This document shows positions 19,339 to 28,382 of a stretch of 64,000 nt of DNA, piece by piece; the stretch's first letter is position 1; every line of letters starts with the position of its first letter. Below the pieces are notes generated by a model. That model had not been told where the DNA came from, made no database searches, and saw only the letters and a program-made list of their open reading frames with translations. Source of the stretch: a virus. The stretch lies in the IMG/VR virus record IMGVR_UViG_3300047510_002037, positions 1 through 64,000 of that record. One strand, given 5' to 3'. A program made the position numbers and the translations under genes.

Positions 19339-20718
19339 TTAGTTACAGTTCCAACGACGAAGGGCTTTGTTGATTCTTGAATCTGGATCTCTTGAAGTTT
19401 TCGCAGAGGTCAATTTTGATTTCATACCTTTCATTCTACGGCAAAAGGATTTTCGACGATCAGCCCTTTTGCCAGTAGGCTTTTTTTCAGTTACTGCAGT
19501 TTGTAGTTTTGAACCTGGATTCTCCCTACGATATGCATTAACTGCCTTCTGGCTCAAACCATCAGTTTTATCATTACGATTTACAGATTGCCAGTCTTCG
19601 ATCTGTAAAAATGGTTCTCCCGGTTGCCTTTCAATAACCTTAAAGTGTGTTACTTTAGATCCTGGATATACTTTTTGGATCTGCTCTTCAACTTCTCTTC
19701 TATTTGGTATTTTTGATTGTGGGAAAAATACTCTGAGTGCATAAGTAGATCCTTTCCAAGTCAAAACAACCATTAAAAGATTGCCATTTTTTGTTGGTAT
19801 TCTTACCGCTTCTTCTAATCCAGATTCATCACCAGAAAGATAATCGGCAGCAGTATCAATGTAGTCTGCTGCTTTAGTGATCTTTGATTGTACCCAGGCT
19901 TCTAGATTTCCTTCACCTTTACCTACTTTTTGCTCAAGTCTTTTTAGTGCATTATGAATAGTATTTAGTTCTGAACGAGCCATTGAATACTCTTCATCCT
20001 TTACCGATACCTTATCCCATGCTTTTTCACCATATGAACATTCTGATCTACCTTCTCTTTTATCACATAGAGGGCAGTATCTCTTCTCTTCAGTTGATTC
20101 TACTTTTAGCTTGTTTGGCTTAATTAGATCAATTACCTCAACGAAAGAATTACCATTTAAATCTTCAATCGTAGTTGACTCCCCACGAAGTTGACGATAA
20201 TGCGCCTTCTTTTCGGCACCAGAAGAGTGCTTAAGCCATGGATCATCATGATCTATTTCTGAAGTTTTCTTTTCTGGTTGCTTTGGTTTTGCTGAAGACT
20301 TATAGGCTACTTTAGATGATTTATTTCTAGTGGAAACGTAAATGTTTCCACCACTACCAGTTTTGCCAATTACCTTACGACCCTTTACCTTATCAATTAA
20401 TTTTCCAACTAATCCCTCGTCAATATCTTCACCACTAGATGTTGATTCAAATGCAATTCTTTTTTTGCTATGTTTAATTTCACCCTTCTCCTTTTTCATA
20501 AGAATATTGGTCGATTTTTGTATGTGTTCTTTACCGGGAGATTCGTCTGGAACTTTCTTTTTTGGATTATCATAAACATCAACATCACCATCAGCATCAC
20601 GATCAACATACTGAACTGTTGCGTGATGAACTAATTGCTTTAGATCCAAATTGGGATCTAATTGATGTTTCTTTCCCTTTAAATGTGGAGTTTTATGAGT
20701 GAATTTTTGATAATCCAT
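19339..20718 (-). CDS. Mosaic charged protein with C-terminal DUF6321-like basic domain
   Basis: RRKSFCRRMKGMK...DSRINKALRRWNC C-terminus; late promoter at 20736-20742. Confidence 0.7.
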   Translation of the reverse strand: MDYQKFTHKTPHLKGKKHQLDPNLDLKQLVHHATVQYVDRDADGDVDVYDNPKKKVPDESPGKEHIQKSTNILMKKEKGEIKHSKKRIAFESTSSGEDIDEGLVGKLIDKVKGRKVIGKTGSGGNIYVSTRNKSSKVAYKSSAKPKQPEKKTSEIDHDDPWLKHSSGAEKKAHYRQLRGESTTIEDLNGNSFVEVIDLIKPNKLKVESTEEKRYCPLCDKREGRSECSYGEKAWDKVSVKDEEYSMARSELNTIHNALKRLEQKVGKGEGNLEAWVQSKITKAADYIDTAADYLSGDESGLEEAVRIPTKNGNLLMVVLTWKGSTYALRVFFPQSKIPNRREVEEQIQKVYPGSKVTHFKVIERQPGEPFLQIEDWQSVNRNDKTDGLSQKAVNAYRRENPGSKLQTAVTEKKPTGKRADRRKSFCRRMKGMKSKLTSAKTSRDPDSRINKALRRWNCN

Positions 20719-20742
20719 ATCTCTACTATTTTAAGTATTTAT

Positions 20743-22890
20743 TCAAATATTTAAATCTCTTATTGATTTAATTTGTAGTTTTAAATCATCAATTTGACCT
20801 TGCTGTTCTTTAATAGCTTCGATTAATACCGAAACTATATTTTGATATGCTACAGACTTAACTCCATCGTTTTCGTGGACAAGATCTGGAAGAACTTTTT
20901 CAACCTCTTGTGCGATTAATCCAATAGAATGTGTCTTATCACTCCTATAATCAAATTCAACTCCACGAAGATTTTGTACTTTTTCTAAAGCACCGTCTAT
21001 TGTTTTAATATTTTCTTTTAGAGATTCATCTGAGTTCGCAGTAACTGTTCCTCCACAAACCAAGTTAGTTCCATTGAAAGTTAGGTTTGCTGAACCAACT
21101 GCTTTGTTCAAACTGTTCTTATAAAGAACTTGGTTAGCGTTACCAATAGTATCAATATCTCTACCACCAGGAATATTAATTGTAGCAGTTGTACCAACTA
21201 AAGTTACACTACTTACACCAGCTCCTGTAAAATTGAGTACAGTTGCTCCAGATCCAACATAGACCCCTGCTGTAGCAACACCAACCCCTGCCTGCAATCC
21301 TGTTAGTCCAGTACCATTTCCACTTATAGTTCCAATGACGGTTAAGTTACCTTGTACTGTGACATTATTAGTCAAACCAACAATTTCTCTACCACCATCT
21401 CTAGTAACATCAATTTGATTTGGTGTGCCGTCAACAAATAAAACTGCTGCCCCACCCGCAGAAGTACTTGCTAAACCTACTGCTCCTGATGCAACAGTAA
21501 ATTCTGGAGTATTAAAAGATGCAATTCCCTTTACAGAAGATGTTGCTAGTGTATGAGTATTACTTGTTATAACTCCACTTACTCGTCCATATCCATCAAC
21601 GCTTAATCCACTAATGAATGATCCTGTACCAGATGTCAGATTGCTTCTTGACGTAGCTACTGTGGCTAAATCAATGCTATCAGGATTCATTACGATTCTG
21701 GAAGAACTAGCAGTTACTGCATCGATAACGTTTCCGGTTTTTACTAAACCATCACCTGCAATAATTTCTCCAGGACTACTGAATTGTGTGAATTCGATTG
21801 CAGATACACCGATAGAAACAGTTCCTTTTGTGATAAGAACGAAACCACCACCAGCATTGACTTCACCGCCAATAACGAACGAGAACGCACCAGCAGTAAT
21901 TTCTTCAGGTTCGTCGAAGTCAACTGCTCTTGTATATTCAAACGAAGTACTTACAGTACCAACTCTAGTTACTGTATAGTAACCATTTTCAAAGGTATTT
22001 CCAAATCCAAGAGGTCCACCCTGATCTTTGATTAGAATACGATCCCCAAGAATTGGGAAATAAGTATCGATAGATGTTATACCAACATTAACACCCCATA
22101 ACTTTGCTCCAACACCGCTTGGAGATGCTGACACGTTATTATAGTACGCATTTATTGATACTGTTGATGCAGCAGATACAGCTTTCTGAACTGTTAGACC
22201 AGCAACAGTAAAATTATCTACATATGATTTTGATGCTAGTTCTTCTGGGGCAATGGGAATAATAGTGTCTAAACTAACATATGATCTTTGAGAATAAAGA
22301 TAACTAGATATCCCAACATCTCCTACGATATCGAGAGTTCTATTCATTGATGATGTTCCAATACCAACTCTCAGTGTAGAGTCATTATAATAAAATGTTT
22401 GAGCTCCACCAAAGTCTCCATTATCATTATATTGAATTTGTCCATCAAAACCTGCTGCAGTTACTTGGTCAACAGTTATAGTAGCAATATTTCCAGATGC
22501 AGCTGCAGTTACTCCAGTACCAACAAAATTAACTGTCTTAATGCTTCCCGCAGCACCTACAATTGTGCCCTCATCTTGAACAGTAATTCCTTGGAAAGAT
22601 AAAATATCCTCAAGAGTTGTCCATTGAACCGAAGATCCGCCAACAGAAGTTAAAAGTTGGTTATTCTCCCCAGAATTCCCTTGGGAGTCATAAAGTTCTC
22701 TCCTAATTCGTATAGTTCTAGTATCAACATCGGCGGTCAAATCAAATCTACTAGTAGTTCCAATTCCAATGCTTCCACCAATGGCTACATTACCAATAAC
22801 ATTTAGTACAGTCTTACCTTCACTGTAATTGCTTATACCAATACCTAGGTCTCTCTGCTTTCCTGATAAAAATCTACCGTAGTTACTCAT
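20743..22890 (-). CDS. Tail fibre protein with C-terminal intramolecular chaperone (peptidase S74)
   Basis: NSDESLKENIKTIDGALEKV...GLIAQEVEKVLP...EAIKE; fibre motifs GDRILIKDQ and ENGYY. Confidence 0.85.
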   Translation of the reverse strand: MSNYGRFLSGKQRDLGIGISNYSEGKTVLNVIGNVAIGGSIGIGTTSRFDLTADVDTRTIRIRRELYDSQGNSGENNQLLTSVGGSSVQWTTLEDILSFQGITVQDEGTIVGAAGSIKTVNFVGTGVTAAASGNIATITVDQVTAAGFDGQIQYNDNGDFGGAQTFYYNDSTLRVGIGTSSMNRTLDIVGDVGISSYLYSQRSYVSLDTIIPIAPEELASKSYVDNFTVAGLTVQKAVSAASTVSINAYYNNVSASPSGVGAKLWGVNVGITSIDTYFPILGDRILIKDQGGPLGFGNTFENGYYTVTRVGTVSTSFEYTRAVDFDEPEEITAGAFSFVIGGEVNAGGGFVLITKGTVSIGVSAIEFTQFSSPGEIIAGDGLVKTGNVIDAVTASSSRIVMNPDSIDLATVATSRSNLTSGTGSFISGLSVDGYGRVSGVITSNTHTLATSSVKGIASFNTPEFTVASGAVGLASTSAGGAAVLFVDGTPNQIDVTRDGGREIVGLTNNVTVQGNLTVIGTISGNGTGLTGLQAGVGVATAGVYVGSGATVLNFTGAGVSSVTLVGTTATINIPGGRDIDTIGNANQVLYKNSLNKAVGSANLTFNGTNLVCGGTVTANSDESLKENIKTIDGALEKVQNLRGVEFDYRSDKTHSIGLIAQEVEKVLPDLVHENDGVKSVAYQNIVSVLIEAIKEQQGQIDDLKLQIKSIRDLNI

Positions 22891-22913
22891 TTTCTTATTA
22901 CCTTAAACTAAAA

Positions 22914-23252
22914 TTAGAAGTTGGATGTTTCAAGAATACTGACTAAGAATTTCAAGTCAGTTCCATTGCTACCAGATATTGAAATTTTATCCCCAGTTTC
23001 TAACACCAATTTACCTGGAAGAAGATTTACTGTATCTCCCGATGGAACAGGAAATGCCGTAACGATAGGAGTTGATGTTGCGCCTCTTTTATAATAAAAA
23101 GTAATCGTATGCGTTGTTGCTCCAGTATTTACGCATTGAGCTAATAAGAATACTGAAGTATATCCTGTTGGTGCAGTATATAGTTCTGTTTCAGATGTTG
23201 GAACTGTTTGTGTTACAGTTCTAAAATTATTAATTGCAATTTGTGCAGCCAT
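22914..23252 (-). CDS. Small virion-type beta protein
   Basis: LYTAPTG...KLVLETGDKI pattern; coupled to the upstream large gene. Confidence 0.7.
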   Translation of the reverse strand: MAAQIAINNFRTVTQTVPTSETELYTAPTGYTSVFLLAQCVNTGATTHTITFYYKRGATSTPIVTAFPVPSGDTVNLLPGKLVLETGDKISISGSNGTDLKFLVSILETSNF

Positions 23253-23256
23253 TTAA

Positions 23257-26200
23257 TTAATCTCCTAGTGCTAGAATGAATGGGGTTACATTATTAAATA
23301 AACTCTTCAGATATGCTCTACCAGAAACTGTTCCACTCGCTTGGTTAATAACAACGCCATCACCAATTCGGAAGTTTCCTGCTTGATCAGTGCTAGTATA
23401 TGTAGCCTCTCCACCATCTTCCTTAACAACCTCATTTTCTTGTATAGGAACTCCACCAACAGCAGGTCTTGCTGTAAAGATATTTGTTCCAGCACCAATG
23501 TATTCAAACGAGATTGTGGTTGCGATTTGTAGACTTTGGCGAGCCAAATAGACTGTATCTCCAATTGATACATTATTATTTAAACCTTGAACTGAAGTTA
23601 TAGTTGTGATTCCCGCATTTGGGAAAGTTGCAGCAGAAATCTTATAGTATAGTGGGTCAATCTTACTAACAACTGCAGAACCTGCGGATCCACCACCAGA
23701 CAATGGGGCAGAAACTGTTATAGAAGGTTCTGTTTCATATTGAGTTCCAGAGTTAATTAAAGTAATGTCTGTGATTCTTCCATCCAAAACTGTTGGAATT
23801 GCTTGTGCAGTAATTCCGTTAGGTCCGGTTGGAGCATCAATAGTTATATCGACATCGTTAGCGTTTTGGTATCCAGAACCACCATTGGTTACAGTAATTG
23901 AATTTAGTGAATAGTATAGTTTTCCAATATAGAAAACCTCACCATCATATGGTCTGTATGTACCAACACCACTTACAGTCAATTCAATATCACCAATAGA
24001 ACCAGCTATAGCAACGTTAGCACTCTTTCTATAAATTGATTTAGAATCAACTCCACTAATACCTCTAGATACTAGACCTTTATTTCCAAAAGAGGCATTA
24101 GAGTTTGTTAGGTCGCATTGTCCACCAGACTGAGTTACAATTGCTTCATTGCAGCAAATAGTAAAGATAGAAACTAACTGTGCATATGCTCCATTTGAAA
24201 TAGAAACTCCAATACCATTTTGATTATATTGAGTATATGAGTCAACACTCATCGATCCCTGTACACCAATATCATCTTCATCTCCTGGTTCTGCTGGGAA
24301 TCCATCAATTTTCATTCCAATACTATCTGGAATAAAGTTTGTGCAGTTTCTAATATATGGCCCTTTGAAAATTTGACCAGTTCCTGGTGAGAACGATGGA
24401 TCGTTCTCAATTTCACTACCAGCTCCGTTATTTCCTGGATAAGTTGTTTTTATTCCAGTTGGATTTTGTGCGGATCTAAAGACTGTTAAACCAGATCCAA
24501 CGATTGTAGTTACAATTCCAATGCATGACCTCATAGCAGAAACTACATTATAACATCCAGCTGGACTTTGGTTAGTTCCAACTAGTGGATCAATTTGAAT
24601 ACCAAGATCTTTTACTTGAGTATTGAATGTTTGGAATGGTCTAAACTTAAGGATTGATCCCCCACCATAGTATGTGTGTTGTATTTCAGTTCCACCGAGA
24701 GTAACTTCGAAGGTATTAACCCCAACAATTCTTTCTACTGGGAATATTTGTCCATGTGTATTATCTGGGAAAATAGTGGTTGTGATACCAGAATTTACTG
24801 TACCGCCACCAACATAAGTGTGATCTAATGTTGATATACCGACATTTACAGTAAATCTTCCTGATGTGAATAGTTGTGGATATGAATTTAGATTACCGTT
24901 AGTAACAGAAGTTGTTAATATTGAAATTAGATTATCAATGTTGGATTTAACATTAGCACAAGAATTTGGACTTGTATTAAATCCAGTTAGTGGATCTGCT
25001 GTAATTGTTAGATCCTTAAAGTTTAATTGATTTGTAATTGCTAGTTTTGAATAATCTCTAATAGAATTGAATGCAGTAACTGATGGTGCTTCCTCTCCGA
25101 TTAATCCATTTGTTAATGGATCTCCATTAGCATCAAAATACGCTCTTGTCGCTTCTCTAATATACTTGTTGGTTCCAAATCTAAGATCTTTTATAAGAGC
25201 ATCGACAACATATGCAATATCCCTTCTGCACTTACTTTCACCACTTAAGAATAAACCATAATTTATTTTAATAGCATTCAGGGTTAGTAAGTTCCCAGAA
25301 CCAATTGGTTCGGTGATAATAGATGTTAATGTATCTAGAGTTGACTGAACATCTGAACAAGCAATTGAACTTGTATTTGCTACGGAAATATTACCATCAC
25401 CATATACTGATGATCCGATGGAAACTCCAGTATCTTTTATTGTAAGTTGATTGGTTATTGCAGACTTCATCAAATCTCTTGCTGCTTGGAATGCTTCAAT
25501 CGAAGCTGATTCCTCTCCAACCAGTCCATTTGATATTGGAGCACCAGATCCATCAAAATACTGTTTAATAAATTCTATTGAATATCTATTCCCTCCAGTG
25601 AATATATCTGTAGAAACAGCATCTACAAAATATCCAAGATCTCTCTTGCATTTTGTTTCAGTTAAAATAACACCAGAGTTTGCTGGATTAGCAATCATAG
25701 TATCCCAAGCAGAAGTTACTATTTCTGCTTTATTTTGTTGGATGAGTCTATAAGCATCCTTATATCTTGAATATTGTGTTGTCTGATTATCATCTGGAAA
25801 ATAGAAATCAGAATGGGCAATCGCAATAGATGCTAAAGATTTATCAATAATTTCCAACCTATTACCAGATATTAAATTAGCAGCATCTGCGTATCTGTGA
25901 TCAATTGCTGTTGAAAGTATTGTAAAATCATATCCAAGATTACCACTTGGATATAATGCAGTGGATGGACCTCCTCCACTATTGCATTCAAATACTAAAT
26001 TCTCTAGTCTAACTTTTTCGCCTGGCTCTGCATAAAAACCTATAGCAGTTGTGGATGCAATACCAACAACTCTAATTGTTGATATACCAGTAATTCTGTC
26101 GTATGTTGCAGTAGAAACTCCAAACGTTGGAGTATATAATCTAGTTACCGTTCCCCCTCCAACATAACTATGGGAAATAGTTGATGGTCCAACATTAACA

Positions 26201-28308
26201 TTAAAACTCGTTCCAGAAAGAACATCTGATACGGTAAAATCATATCCAAGATTACCGCTTGGATATAATGCGGTGGATGGACCTCCACCAGAATCGCATT
26301 CATAGACTAGATTTTGAAGTCTTACTCTATTTCCGACTTTAAAGTTATTATTTGCTGAGGTTTCTATAGTGGTAATACCACTTATATTATCATATGTTGC
26401 GCTGATAACATTTATTGGTGTTCCTGGGGAACCTTCTGGACACGTAAATGCAAATCCATCTAATTTTACAGAATCATATTTTTGAAGACCATGATTTGGG
26501 ACTGTAACTGTAGATAATCCTGTTTTTTGATCATATATTATGTTTGTTGCTGGTATAGTTAATCCAATGGAAACTCCACCCCATGTAGAATTATTAATAA
26601 CGTTTCTAGCAATATTGAAAGAATAATCCAGTGTTTTTATTGTCTGTTCTCTTTCCAGTGGATTTTTTAGAGTATTGAGTGCAAATTCTCCAGTACTCTC
26701 ATCAAAATATGTTTTACCAGCCGCAACACATTTAGAATTACCACCTCTAGTAATATCATAACAAACTGCTTTCCAAATATTTCTAATATCCCTAGAGCAC
26801 TTAAATGTATCTAAGTTTATTCCAGTAACTGTTACTATTCCCGCAGTAGATCCAGTTCCTACAGCTGTTGTAACAATACCAGCAAGATATGAAATACTAT
26901 TAGCAACACCTACACACCAACCAGTTCCTCTAACGAACTTATTCCCAGACTGATCATATTCAACTCTTGTTTGAATACGAGTCGGGTCAAATGCTTGAGT
27001 ATAAGTTGATTGATAATTTGTATATTTCTCAACAGTTCCGCCAGTACTGTATGTGTGCGGAATAGATGATATTCCAACGTAGACTTTGAATGTATTTACG
27101 CCAACATATTCTTCTACTTTAAAGAAGTATCCATACTTACCATCTGGGAAAGTATTAGTTGTAATACCAGAACCACCAGGACACGTAAACTTAACTCCAT
27201 TTAGTTTGATGATATCACCAGTTGTTACTCCATGTCCAACTGCAGTAACTGTTGATAATCCAGTTAGATTATCATAGATAAATCCAGTAATATTTGTTGT
27301 TGATCCAGATGCAACACTACCATATGGCTTATTATTGATTACGTATGTTGCAATACCTACGGCATAATTAATTGTATCAACTGTCGCCGTAGAAATTCCA
27401 TATCCGTTTATATCTACTCCCGTAATATGGAGTAAAGCCCCACCAGATGAAAAATATGAAAGTGCTGCTCCAACAGACTTTTCGTTACCTGTCGCTTTTA
27501 AATCATATGCAATGGATTTGAAAATATCTTTAATATCATCCCTACAATCTTGGTCTGTTGTTGGAACTTCAAATACGGGATTTTTATAATCAGTACTAGT
27601 CAGGAATCCAACAGCCTCACCAGCAATAAAATCTAAGTTTGCTTCTAACAATACAGCAGCATCTTGTGCTACGTGAGTTCCAGCATATCCGCTATATCCA
27701 CTTGTTAAGAATCCAACTGCTTCTCTAGCAATAAAATCTGAATTATATCTAATTAATCTAGCAGCATCAAAATATCTGTCTGGAGATACTCCTTCTAAAG
27801 GTCTAAAAGCAATAACAGCAGCACCTTCTGTAGCTGGAGGTCCAACAAAACTTAAGTCGGTAACGTGAACACCATCATTTACATGAAATAAATCTTTATT
27901 TGAATTTTGTGGTGTTACTAAACAGTTTCTTAATTCTAATCCCTCTACCGATACATTCTTTTTAAGAAGAATTGGGTTATTTTCAATATATTGTCCAGCA
28001 TAAACTTTAATAGTATCAAATGAATTTGCTATTGCTGCAGCAGCTTTAATAGATGCTTTTGCATCTCGTTCATTTAAACCACTATTAGCATCATTTCCAT
28101 TTTTAGTTACAAATATTGTTTTACCTAATGATCCACCAGCACCAACTGCAATAACTCTGGTAGCAATTCCAACTCCACCAGTGTCTTGCTTCAAGAAGAC
28201 TTGACCATCAAATGCATTAACAGCTAATTCACCAATTAGAAGTTGAGCATTTGTTGGAACTTTGCCTTCTACTGAAGATCTTTTTAACCTAATTATTGGA
28301 TCAGACAT
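23257..28308 (-). CDS. Large virion/fibre protein with pectin-lyase-like beta-helix frame and four phycobiliprotein-like helical domains
   Basis: N-terminal IRLKRS...GELAVNAFDG attachment module; FVTKNGNDANSG...ASIKAAA; repeated (K)CxRDI motifs. Confidence 0.8.
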   Translation of the reverse strand: MSDPIIRLKRSSVEGKVPTNAQLLIGELAVNAFDGQVFLKQDTGGVGIATRVIAVGAGGSLGKTIFVTKNGNDANSGLNERDAKASIKAAAAIANSFDTIKVYAGQYIENNPILLKKNVSVEGLELRNCLVTPQNSNKDLFHVNDGVHVTDLSFVGPPATEGAAVIAFRPLEGVSPDRYFDAARLIRYNSDFIAREAVGFLTSGYSGYAGTHVAQDAAVLLEANLDFIAGEAVGFLTSTDYKNPVFEVPTTDQDCRDDIKDIFKSIAYDLKATGNEKSVGAALSYFSSGGALLHITGVDINGYGISTATVDTINYAVGIATYVINNKPYGSVASGSTTNITGFIYDNLTGLSTVTAVGHGVTTGDIIKLNGVKFTCPGGSGITTNTFPDGKYGYFFKVEEYVGVNTFKVYVGISSIPHTYSTGGTVEKYTNYQSTYTQAFDPTRIQTRVEYDQSGNKFVRGTGWCVGVANSISYLAGIVTTAVGTGSTAGIVTVTGINLDTFKCSRDIRNIWKAVCYDITRGGNSKCVAAGKTYFDESTGEFALNTLKNPLEREQTIKTLDYSFNIARNVINNSTWGGVSIGLTIPATNIIYDQKTGLSTVTVPNHGLQKYDSVKLDGFAFTCPEGSPGTPINVISATYDNISGITTIETSANNNFKVGNRVRLQNLVYECDSGGGPSTALYPSGNLGYDFTVSDVLSGTSFNVNVGPSTISHSYVGGGTVTRLYTPTFGVSTATYDRITGISTIRVVGIASTTAIGFYAEPGEKVRLENLVFECNSGGGPSTALYPSGNLGYDFTILSTAIDHRYADAANLISGNRLEIIDKSLASIAIAHSDFYFPDDNQTTQYSRYKDAYRLIQQNKAEIVTSAWDTMIANPANSGVILTETKCKRDLGYFVDAVSTDIFTGGNRYSIEFIKQYFDGSGAPISNGLVGEESASIEAFQAARDLMKSAITNQLTIKDTGVSIGSSVYGDGNISVANTSSIACSDVQSTLDTLTSIITEPIGSGNLLTLNAIKINYGLFLSGESKCRRDIAYVVDALIKDLRFGTNKYIREATRAYFDANGDPLTNGLIGEEAPSVTAFNSIRDYSKLAITNQLNFKDLTITADPLTGFNTSPNSCANVKSNIDNLISILTTSVTNGNLNSYPQLFTSGRFTVNVGISTLDHTYVGGGTVNSGITTTIFPDNTHGQIFPVERIVGVNTFEVTLGGTEIQHTYYGGGSILKFRPFQTFNTQVKDLGIQIDPLVGTNQSPAGCYNVVSAMRSCIGIVTTIVGSGLTVFRSAQNPTGIKTTYPGNNGAGSEIENDPSFSPGTGQIFKGPYIRNCTNFIPDSIGMKIDGFPAEPGDEDDIGVQGSMSVDSYTQYNQNGIGVSISNGAYAQLVSIFTICCNEAIVTQSGGQCDLTNSNASFGNKGLVSRGISGVDSKSIYRKSANVAIAGSIGDIELTVSGVGTYRPYDGEVFYIGKLYYSLNSITVTNGGSGYQNANDVDITIDAPTGPNGITAQAIPTVLDGRITDITLINSGTQYETEPSITVSAPLSGGGSAGSAVVSKIDPLYYKISAATFPNAGITTITSVQGLNNNVSIGDTVYLARQSLQIATTISFEYIGAGTNIFTARPAVGGVPIQENEVVKEDGGEATYTSTDQAGNFRIGDGVVINQASGTVSGRAYLKSLFNNVTPFILALGD
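25922..26289. repeat. Near-identical ~55-bp direct repeat (about 25922-25977 and 26233-26289) encoding GGGPSTALYPSGNLGYDFT
   Basis: gtaaaatcatatccaagattacc(a/g)cttggatataatgc(a/g)gtggatggacctcc occurs twice. Confidence 0.85.
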
Positions 28309-28364
28309 TTACTTACATTCTTGGTATATACCGTAAATCTTGATAGAAATCAAGATGCTTTATA

Positions 28365-28371
28365 TATTTAT
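28365..28371 (-). promoter_or_regulatory. Late promoter ATAAATA for the 1683-aa gene
   Basis: Intergenic match upstream of ATG 28308. Confidence 0.6.
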
Positions 28372-28382
28372 CAAAAAACTAA

